This document shows positions 53,476 through 64,000 of a stretch of 64,000 bases of DNA, in pieces; positions within the stretch are counted from its first letter, which is position 1, and each line of letters opens with the position of its first letter. Source of the DNA: Octopus vulgaris (lineage: Eukaryota); contig OX597823.1 of NCBI GenBank assembly GCA_951406725.2, positions 23,002,001 to 23,066,000 on the forward strand, read 5' to 3'. Position numbers and translations under genes: made by a program. The notes beneath the pieces are model-generated. The model saw only the letters and a list, made by a program, of their open reading frames with translations. It was not told where the DNA came from and ran no database searches.

Positions 53476-55559
53476 ACTCTACCACAAAAGATAGGTACAG
53501 TTAATACTCAATTTTAAAATGAATAATCGCATTTCATAGTGTTTTGAATGTATTTTCTTACATCAATATTAAATTGCATAAATAAACAGCTTTGTGTGTT
53601 TGTGTGTGTGTGTGTGTATACACATGTATATATGTATATACACACATACATTCATGCATATATCTATATATTTATATGTCATCAGCATCATCATGAGGAG
53701 GAATTTGTTGGGGTAGATTTTCTATAGTCAGGTGCCCTTCCTGTTGTCAGTTCCACTTGTTCGCCAATATTCCCCCATGGCATGATGTGTTTTCACGGAA
53801 GATAGCAAATGAAGAATACAGCCTGTATAATAGTGATATTTGTGTATTACTAAAAAGCACAATGTCAAGACAAAGTAACACACACACATGCACGCTCCCA
53901 TATATATGTATATGACAGGCTTGTTTCAGTTTCCATCTATCATTCTTAAGGTTTTGGCGGGCCAGTATTATAGTAGAAGATTCTAACCCAAAATGTTATG
54001 TAGTGAGACTGAACATAAGGCTTTGGGGTTAGAAAGTAAACATTTTTACTTAATAGTCTTACTTGTAAGCATGGCTATGAGGTAAAGAATTTTGCTTTTG
54101 AACCATGTAATAGATGATCATCCCACTGTGTAAATGTTGTTGGCTAACTTTCTTTACTATATCCACAGATTGACCAATACCTTGTGAGTTGATTTGATAG
54201 ATAGCTACTGAAGAAGCTTGTTGTATATATCTATCTATCTATATCTATATCTATCTATATATATATATATATATATATAAAATAAAGATAAGATTGATGA
54301 ATGTATGTATGTATCAAAAGGATGTGTTATAATACTATTCCACATATACAAAAACAGCCATACCAACAATCCAACATACCTCCATCATCAGCTGCCACAT
54401 GGATATCATTATGGTTTTGACACCTGGCCAGTACCATTCAATCTGGCGGTGTCAACAGCACTAAAATAAGTGTTGTTTGGGAACAAACATACCAAAGAAA
54501 CCACAATTTTCAAACACATTTACCCTATGTACAGCAGTATCAGTAAAGAAATTCAACAAGTAAATCTATAACCAATTCCTAAATATGTAACTAAACAGCA
54601 AGCAAACCTTTAAGTCATACAAAAATATTCCCAACAGTCTTCCATGTATGTATGTATGTGTGTGTGTGTGTGTGCGTGTGTGTGTGTGTGTGTGTGTGAA
54701 TGATTTTTTATTTCTCTTTGTCTTTATTTGTGTTTACTGACTGTAAGCAAAGAGTAAGCCTCCTTGTCAATACAGATGGTGTCATCTGCTTGCATAGTTA
54801 TGAATCAAAAGGTTCGTAAATTATGTCCAGATTGTTCATTGTGAGACAGATGAGAGGATTATTATCTTGTTTAGAAGCAGATGAGGGTTGTCAACATGAA
54901 GGGCATCCAACCATAGAAAATCTGCTTCAAGAAATTCTGTCTGATCCAAGCATGCATAGAAAAGTGATAACGTTATAATATTATAATATTATATGTCTGA
55001 TATTTAAGTGAAGAAAGCTTTAAGATATATATGCATGGGGATGGAGTAGGCATGTGCCCTGCTGGTTAGGATGTTGAGCTCACTATCATTAGGAGATGGA
55101 TGTGTACTGCCTGAACCAGGTGGCACACATTGTTACCTTGAACAAAGCACTTCATATCACTTGACTCCAGTCTACTCAACTGAAAACAAATACCTTTAGC
55201 TCTGTTGGTGCAGTTCTCTCTCCTTCCAGTAATCTTATCTTAGATGCTCCACTGGGACAAGGGTGAGACAGTTAAATGCGTATCTGCTGTCTGCTTGGGA
55301 TTACACAGGCACTTAAAACAGTGAAAGCATGGTACATGCTTGCTTGTAAAGGGCAGATATCCATTGGTTTTCATACATACATATATACATACATACATAC
55401 CTGTATACATAAATACATGCATGCATACACACACACACACACACAGACACACACATTGATAGGGTTGATAACTTTCTAAAATTGTAGCATATTTATTGTG
55501 CTGCAACCTCATACCTGCTCTAGAAACATTACATTCAACAAGGTTCTTCAAAATATAGT

Positions 55560-55595
<36 letters not shown>

Positions 55596-55596
<1 letters not shown>

Positions 55597-55769
55597 CCAC
55601 TACACACATTTTTTTCTTTTTGTTTTTTCTGTGTCCCTTTCTGTAGAAGAGCGTAGGCTCAAAACGTAAAAGACTTTTTCTATTCTTGAGCGTTATACTA
55701 ATACATCTGTTTGTTTTGTACACCACCCGTCTTCGTCTTTTGTTTTTTTTCGTAAACTCTCCCTATATG

Positions 55770-55770
<1 letters not shown>
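55596..55770 (+). mobile_element. PLE-type terminal fragment between (TA)n tracts with hammerhead-like fold (55633-55674)
   Basis: CTTT-CTGTAGA-A-GAGC-gtag-GCTC-AAAA-CG-TA-AAAG. Confidence 0.5.
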
Positions 55771-55843
<73 letters not shown>

Positions 55844-56662
55844 ATCATCATCATCATCATCAATCTGAAAGACTGATGAATAACATATAGATAGCAATGC
55901 CCCAGTTTGGCCACAGGGTTATGACTGACACTGAAAAAAGAAAAGAATACGACAATGGTCTTACATAAGACAAGTTTCTCACAAACTGATCTTGTAAAAC
56001 ATTGAGTTCAAAGTTGAGTGTGTTTAGCTATCTGAAGTGTTGTTCAGCTCCAGGCCCACCCTGATGGAGCAGGTCTATGATATGGGCTATTCCAGATATG
56101 ACCACTACATTTTGTTTTCAGTAATAATGTATCCAAAGCTACTTTATGCAGAGTTGTTCTACATCTTTCAAAAGACATTAACATATGATTTGGGACATTT
56201 AACTGCTATTTCTAACACCTTAAGGGACTACACTGCAGGCCTTACATTTCCCACCCACCAAAAATAAAACATATACATATATATGCAGGCAACCATATTC
56301 ACACACAGGCACCTACACACTAACATACATTCATATACATAAAACATATTTGTGTGCACAGGCACTCACACATACACACATACACGTCTACATGCGCATA
56401 CACTTCTATATGCATATATACCCATACTTCTATAGTTGTAAATTGGAAGCTTATTAATTATTCATAGAAAGATAAATTAATTAATTACATTATAAAAATT
56501 ACATTTATGAAATATTCAGAAGCAACTTTAGCAATATGTTGACTATAATGGTTTTAGCATGTTTTAGCTATTGTGATTAAGACCATGCTTGAGTCAAGAA
56601 TCTTAAAGTTTTTGTATTAAAACCTCTAGGATTAACTAATTATGCTCAATGAATAGAATAAC

Positions 56663-56698
<36 letters not shown>

Positions 56699-57045
56699 TA
56701 TTCATATGTGTTGATACAAATGTACACAAATGCACAAAGATCTACAGATATACAGATACACAGATACTCATTTAGAGGTACACACATTTACAAACACAAG
56801 CATACACTTACACAGATATACATGCTTACATTTGCAAACCTATGAACGCACTTACACAAACGTACACACACATACTCATGCAAGCACTCAAATGACATAC
56901 ATTGCAATACATGTATATTCAAGCACACACACACACACACACACTTTCATTCACCCATACCTTCATACACATTCAACATTATAGAATGTTTCTACCATTT
57001 CAAACCTTCAAAAACTTCTTCATAAAATTTGTTTACATTGCAATG

Positions 57046-57081
<36 letters not shown>

Positions 57082-57646
57082 AGGGACTTATTTAATTAAT
57101 TTCAATGCTGTTAATAAATGATCTTGACATTAAGATTCAGAAACTTAATTAAGACAGGACCTTATGGAGTACTTTCGAAGTTACAAATATTTGAAAATGT
57201 GCATAAATTTTAATTGGAAATCTATTTGACTTGGTATGCTTGTATAACAGTTTTAATTAGATTTTTCTGGGATTTTCTGATGAGCAAGTTAACTTCCATA
57301 ATTATCTTACAAAAAAATTGGAATTTGATAAAATAATGAGGATTTCTGGCAAAAGGACAAGGCCACAAAATTATGGAGAGGGCCATTTAAATGTCTGATG
57401 CTCTGATTCTGACACTCCATCACTTCTATAAATTGTTTCTAATTTAGGCACTATCAGCAATTTTTGAGGGCAGAAAAAAAAAACAGTTGATCACATTGTT
57501 CCCTCTCCAAGACATGACTGGCACTTATTTTATCAACACTGGAGGGAGAAACAGTAAAGATGACCTCCACAGGATATGAGCTCACAGCATAATGAGTCAT
57601 AATTAAATACTACAAGACATTTATGGTATTTGTTTGGTTAAGCAAA

Positions 57647-57915
57647 ATGTCGCTAGAAGCTAGGATCACCAAGCATAGATTGGCATATTTCGGTCATATT
57701 ATGCAGAGAAAATCCCTGGAGAAGGACATCATACTCGGAATGGTCAGTGGCAAGAGAGGAAGAAGCCGAACAAGAACCCGCTGACTTGACACCATCAAGA
57801 GTGATACCGGAATGGACATAGCCAATCTGAAAGAAGCGGCCCAGGATAGAACTGACTGGAGGACACTGATCCAACAAGTAACCGAGAGTCGACTTCGACT
57901 GAGCGGATAGATAGA
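57647..57915 (+). mobile_element. 5'-truncated RTE/BovB-like LINE
   Basis: MSLEARITKHRLAYFGHIMQRKSLEKDIILGMVSGKRGRSRTRTR*LDTIKSDTGM..AAQDRTDWR; (GATA)n tail; 8-bp TSD TAAGCAAA at 57639-57646 and 57916-57923. Confidence 0.9.
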
Positions 57916-58329
57916 TAAGCAAACAATTTCTTTTATTCATTTTAAATAATGTTAATGCAAAGACAGCCATAGAGGCAGACACATATAGACACACACATGC
58001 ACACGCATACACTTATGTTCAACGGGTCTCCACTCAGTTTTTCTCTACTAGTTTCACTCACAGGGCAAATCAATATTTGCCCAAAACACCATGCAATGAG
58101 ATTGAACCTATGACCAAGAGGTTGTGAAGTAAATTTATTAACTGCAGAGTTACAGCCATGCCTTATTATTCTTTCATTGTTTTGGTAGTGTTTCCAATAT
58201 ATTTCAGTATTTTAATAAATTTTCTATTTATTTATTTATTTATTCATATATGTATATGTTAATGAAATGAAGTATAATGGTTGTGTAGTTCAGAGGGTAA
58301 AATACTATCCATATGGTCATGAATTTAAA

Positions 58330-58366
<37 letters not shown>

Positions 58367-58994
58367 GCTGCTGCTACTACTACTACTACAGCTGTTGTAC
58401 TGATGGTTTTATTGTTGTTGTTGTTGTTTAACTGCAGGTCAACTCTGATCAAATAGACATGATCACAATCAAAAGCATTCCAAAGACATCCAGTCCTTTC
58501 ATGTATCTGGAACTAAATTGTTTTATGTATTTGTCTGTATTAGGCATGGTGGGGTGTGATTCGGGAGGGAGATTTGGCAGCTATTTTTAGCATGTCAAGT
58601 AATTGTTTAAGGAATCCCTCGTTGGCTTGTAATTTTATTGTCTGATCAGCTCTATTCAGTACTTCTGTTTATTGTAAACAATTTCTTCAGGTTGTTTTTA
58701 TTATTTTTCTGTTTTAATTACATGAGAGATTATATTAGTATTTGATCTACTTTTACTAAAAGCTCCCATTATTTAAAAATGTTCCCTTTGTTGTTTGAAG
58801 CTAAGTTAAAAATACCATTACTCTTGGGAAACATGAGACTGATGAATCAATTTCAATAGTTCGAAATAGTGATTACAAACCATTAAGTCTCTGTTTCAAT
58901 TCCCACTGTCTCCCCCACTATGACAAAAAAAAAAAGAATGGCGTGGTGAGGGGTTTATATTTATTGACTAATAGTCACGAATGGGTTTTATGAT

Positions 58995-59226
58995 ATTGTT
59001 ATTATTATTACTATCATCATTATCATCACGATAGTAATCATCATTATAATCCCACCATCATCACCAACTTTATCATCATTACCATCATTAACAGCATTTT
59101 CATTGCTATAATCATTTCCAACATTATTATCATATTATTATCATCTTCACTATCATCATTACTATATCATCATTATCATCACCATTGTCATTATAATCAT
59201 GATCATTGCCACTATCATTATCATCA
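58995..59226. repeat. Degenerate (ATC/ATT)n tract
   Basis: Direct observation. Confidence 0.85.
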
Positions 59227-60367
59227 ACTCTTGAATTTGTATTTGCTTATATGAAATGACAACTTTCAGCTCTGTGCTCCACTACAGAAGGTTAGACATA
59301 AAATGATTGTGTGGCTGATGTGGGTGACCATAAATGCCCCAGTGAGCATTGAAAGGGTTCAGGTGAGCGCTGGTGTCTAAGGGGGAGCGGGTAGAGAAAA
59401 GGGAGGCATTGGGAGGAAGGCAATGGATTGGGGGACGCTATGAATTTATAATATTATTATAGTATTGTATACAAATTATATGATATTATATTAAATATCA
59501 AATAATTCATAGTATATATAAACTAGTAAAATATAAAATACTTATTTATACATAAAAACAGGAGTGGGAGTGCTGAGGACCATGAGGGGGGGGGGGCAAA
59601 ACGTTGGACTCTAATCTGATCTGCATTGGAACCTAATCTGATCTTGAATTCAAATCCACTGCACTCATTTGAATTGGTCCAAAAGATTCCTGTCAGCTAT
59701 TTAACCAGACATGAATAAAGAGTATATGTTTTCCAGCAATGCAGTTTGGGGTTCACTTCCACTGTATGGCACCTTGGGCAAATATCTTCTATCATAGTCC
59801 TGAGTCAACCAAAGCATTGTGAGTGGATTTCATAAATGAAAACTGATAGAAGCCATTGTGTGTGTGTGTTTCCTTGTCTTGACATCACATGGTAATTGTA
59901 AACAGGCACTACTGTCATACAAACAGTATAATTTCTTTCCAATCTTCTCCAAAACATGTCCAGCCAGGGGGGAATATTACCTTGTGTAGAAACAAGTGAA
60001 AGCTAGTAACAGGTAGAGCATCCAGCTGTAGATAATCTGCCTCAAGGAATTCTATCCATCCCATACAAACATAGAAAAGTGGACATCACGATGACAAGTA
60101 CAAACATTGGAGGTTGTTATAGTGGTGGTAATGTCTTCAAATATTCAGTGTACCAATTGTAATGTGTATTCATTATTTGGTATATTGCATGCAAAATATT
60201 TTGATATACTAAATATAAAAATAATCAACTATTCTTATTAATAAAAAATATTTAGTATATCAAATTTATATAAAAATATATTAAAGTATTTAGTATCTTA
60301 AAGGTACTAATATGTATTGAAATACTAAGCATACAAATGCATGACTAGTTCTTTAAAAAAAAAAATG

Positions 60368-60400
<33 letters not shown>

Positions 60401-60869
60401 ATAGATTTAGTGTGTAACAAAAATCAGAAGCTGGCATGGAGTGAATCCTAAGTTGTTAACATTAAGGTATGAATATCAAATTGAGGCATTGATATAATCT
60501 TTCATAAGATCCTTTTTCAGTTGATACCATTTCTGTGATACTGGAAATAAACAACTTACAGTCACATCTGGATTTACTCATAATTAGCTCATTTGCATAA
60601 TTTATGTCGATAGTGATGTGCAAGATAGCATGTACAAGGCATCTCAATCAACTGGAATATATTTGTCCCTTAGTTGGAAAAAAGAACAAAATCTAATAGC
60701 AATTGATATATTTTTGGCTGAAATATTTCCTGACACTAAAAGGAGCTCAAACAGCTCTGATGTTTGTGATGTAGTTAAGGTTGTGCTTTATATGTTTGTG
60801 CGTATATGTGTATATATACATACTCACACACATATATGCACTCAGATATACACATGCACTCTCACACAC

Positions 60870-61130
60870 ACGCAGAGGATTGATTATCTTTCGCATAATT
60901 GACAGTATGCTCCTAACAGTTTCATGACAAACATAATCATTCACACACCATGTTTCAACTGTCTCTTGAAAACATTGTTGATACATGAGGCCTGAACAGT
61001 GTCATCAACATGAAACTATTAGTATCCTACTGTGTTTAATTTGTATTCTTTTATTTTGAAACACATTACTCTGCATTTTTACAGCGAGTGATATAATCTT
61101 TGATATTGTTAATCAATATCATTATGATGT
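60870..61130 (+). repeat. About 250-bp repeat, inverted partner of 62910-63155
   Basis: Colinear similarity to the reverse complement of 62910-63155 (e.g. catgtttcaa.tgtct.ttgaa.aca.tgttga, gaaactat.agta.cctactgtgtttaatttg). Confidence 0.8.
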
Positions 61131-61161
61131 ATACATATATATACTAGGCCTTATATAGAGG

Positions 61162-61210
<49 letters not shown>

Positions 61211-61215
<5 letters not shown>

Positions 61216-61503
61216 CACCATCCATTCGTGGCCGTTGCCAGCCTCGCCTGGCCCCCGTGCCGGTGGCACATAAAAAGCACCATCCGATCGTGGCCGTTTG
61301 CCAGACTCGTCTGGCACGTAAAAAGCACCCACTACACTCATGGAGTGGTTGGCATTAGGAAGGGCATCCAGCCGTAGAAACATTGCCAGATCAAATGGGC
61401 CTGGTGCAGCCTTCTGGCTTCCCAGACCCCAGTTGAACCGTCCAACTCATGCTAGCATGGAAAGCGGACGCTAAACGATGATGATGATGATGATGATGAT
61501 GAT
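61211..61503 (+). mobile_element. 5'-truncated SINE with aggaagggcatccagc central domain and (GAT)n tail
   Basis: Internal duplication aaagcaccatcc..tcgtggccgtt; reverse copy at 43045-43190 and many decayed copies; possibly Meta/MESC-type (unverified). Confidence 0.85.
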
Positions 61504-61935
61504 ATATATATATATACATACATATGTGTGTGTGTGTATAAAAATGTGATTTTACATTATTTGTATTTCCTTCTGGCTGGCTATTTCATATTCATCTTGG
61601 AAGCAGGGTAAATACAGAACACCAATGAGCTGCAAAATACCAATATTTGCCGTTCTTCTTCACTTCTGGGATAATTTTGTTTCACTTCGTTTTGAATTAT
61701 ACCATGCTTTTTAACTCCATGCATCTTGAAAGGGGCCTCCCTTTGATAAAACTCCACTACTACTAGCTACTATTAGTTCCTTTATAAACACGAATTAACT
61801 AATTATTAAAGTAGAAAAATTATCTGAAAAGTAATTTCTATTCATTTTTTCAAATATATAATACTATAACAAGGACTTTCTATTTCTATTCTACTATATA
61901 TATATATACATAATATATATATACATAATTATATA

Positions 61936-62146
61936 ATTGCAGTGTGGAAGGTGTTTATAAGCCATTTAAGAAACACACAAAACCGTTAGATTGCAGCACG
62001 AAGTTTTGTCAGTGAACAGGTTGCGGTCTCAAAGCGACAAAAATATTTTGACAAATTAAATTTAAATGTTGAAGTGAATCTAACGGTTTTGTGTGTTTCT
62101 TAAATGGCTTATAAACACCTTCCACTTGCAAGTACATCTCCGTAAA
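61936..62146. mobile_element. Palindromic PLE-like element: perfect 49-bp inverted arms enclosing a hammerhead-like fold
   Basis: 61944-61992 is the exact reverse complement of 62077-62125; direct repeat ACATAATTATATA at 61923-61935 and 62147-62159. Confidence 0.7.
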
Positions 62147-62793
62147 ACATAATTATATATATATATACATAATTGTTTATGGGGGACCAATTCACTAAGG
62201 AAGATCGATAGAGATTTTGCGCTAGCATCTATATAATGACTTTTAGAGAGAAGGGGAAGGATGCTGATAGACAAAGAGAAAGTTTGACTTCTGTGGAGTA
62301 ATGGTTTGTATAGTTGCCTGGTAAAGTAACGGAGGAGCACTGCGATTGATATCATTGACTTTGTTAGTTTTCAGTTTCCGGTGGAGTTTACACATGTTTA
62401 AGCATGTGCCGTTTCATACATAAACAAACTCACATGGAAATAATGAATCACTGTTGATTCCTATTATGACTTCCAGTTATTTTATCAGTAGAACAGCCTA
62501 TTCATTGAATTCGTATGTCCACCGAGTATTCCACAGACACATGAAGCCTTTACATTATTATCAGGGAGAAGTGAAATGCTAGTGTTGACCTTTTCAAATA
62601 TCAGGCACAGTCCATTGGACAGGTTTTCAAACACATTGTCTCCAACCAATTTCATTCATAAGATTTCATTTAAAGTCAGGCCATTGTAAAATACATTCAC
62701 CCAAGATATTATACACAGGAAATAAACTACTTAGCCATTCAACCATGCCTGCAACCACTCACTCATAGTCATTCATACATGTATTATAGATGC

Positions 62794-62885
<92 letters not shown>

Positions 62886-62909
62886 GTATGTATATATATA
62901 CATACATAT

Positions 62910-63155
62910 ATATATTGTATTGGAGTTGATTGATGATATCAAAGACCATATCACTCAATACAGAAATGTAGAGTAATGTATTTAGATATGAAACAATTCA
63001 AATTAAACACAGTAGGTTACTGATAGTTTCGTGTTGATGACTTCATGTCTCAACAGTGTCTTCAAAAGACAATTGAAACATGGGGTGTGAAAGATTACAT
63101 TTGCTATGAAACTATTAAGAGCACTCTGCCAAAGACAATCAATCATGTGTGCGTG
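62910..63155 (-). repeat. Inverted partner of 60870-61130
   Basis: See 60870-61130. Confidence 0.8.
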
Positions 63156-63417
63156 TATATGTAAATATATATATATATAAGTAAATATTTCATTATCTCA
63201 GTTTTATTTGGCTCCTTTCCGACTTATATCCTAACTCTAAATTTCTGCAACATTATATTTGGTTAAATATGCAATATTAAAGTGTGAGTGTTTTATGTGA
63301 CATAGACATGGTATCCCAATACTTATGGTAACATGGGATACATTTAAATCATATCTTAAATTTTGAGTCTGCATGCACATGTGTGCATGTGTGTGTATGT
63401 GTCTGTGTGTGACGATG

Positions 63418-63770
63418 ACACATGGCTATGTGGTAAGAAGCTTGCTTCCCAACCATATAGTTCTGGGCTCAGTCCCACTGCATGGCACCTTGGGCAAGTG
63501 TCTTCTACTACAGCCTCAGGCTGACCAAAGCTTGTGAGTAGATGGAAACTGAAAGAAGCCCATCATCATCATCGTGTTTGTTCCCCACACAGCTTGACAA
63601 CTGGTGTTGGTGAGTTTATGTCCCTGTTCAGCAAAAGAGGCTGATAGAGTAAGTACCAAGCTTATGAAAAAATAAGTAATGGGGTCAATTCATTTGACTA
63701 AAAGCTCTTCAAGGTGGTGCCCAAGCATGGCCACAGTCTAATGACTAAAACAAGTAAAAGATAAAAGATA
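63418..63770 (+). mobile_element. tRNA-derived SINE, same family as 16223-16630
   Basis: Colinear head, body and tail. Confidence 0.85.
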
Positions 63771-63787
63771 TATATAAAATATGTGTG

Positions 63788-63829
<42 letters not shown>

Positions 63830-64000
63830 CGTGCATGCGAGCATGGCCAATTGACTGAAGAACCCACTTCACAATTAAGCAGACAGACTCATTTTTACTG
63901 CATGTCACTTTGGGCAAGTGCTTTTTACTATAGCTTTGTATTTACCCAAACCTGTAAGAGTACTTCCTCTGTATTTGCTCAGAAAGTAAGAAATAGTTGT

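Noticed and set aside
54330-54640. Possible Penelope linker-region relic (also CR1-like 17560-18240 and RTE-like 5480-5830)
   Set aside because: Too degraded to support by eye; needs a profile search.

Overview
AT-rich, CpG-depleted, microsatellite-saturated animal DNA. The repeat landscape looks like Octopus (my inference): tRNA-derived SINEs, RTE/CR1/R4-Dong LINE relics, Penelope-like elements (PLEs), and Tc1/mariner, pogo-like and piggyBac MITEs. I see no complete recognisable protein-coding gene, and almost all ORFs in the track are microsatellite or TE artefacts. The window reads as a large intron or regulatory region. It has weak-to-moderate signs of a minus-strand gene: CpG-enriched promoter-like patches at about 50.6-50.9 kb and 37.8-38.4 kb, an AAAAATG|GTGAGT start exon, and a phase-compatible 75-nt exon at 11544-11618. 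The most distinctive signal is a set of PLE-type minimal hammerhead-ribozyme folds in several unrelated small palindromic elements. These include a TSD-flanked head-to-head tRNA-promoter plus hammerhead element (2053-2631), a core-intact hammerhead behind a Penelope endonuclease remnant (41572-41662), and a fold with a reciprocal G3:C8 core swap (62005-62055). There is also a 118/119-identical inverted repeat 16 kb apart, next to much more diverged MITEs. All calls were made by eye; no searches or folding were run, and boundaries of degenerate repeats are approximate.
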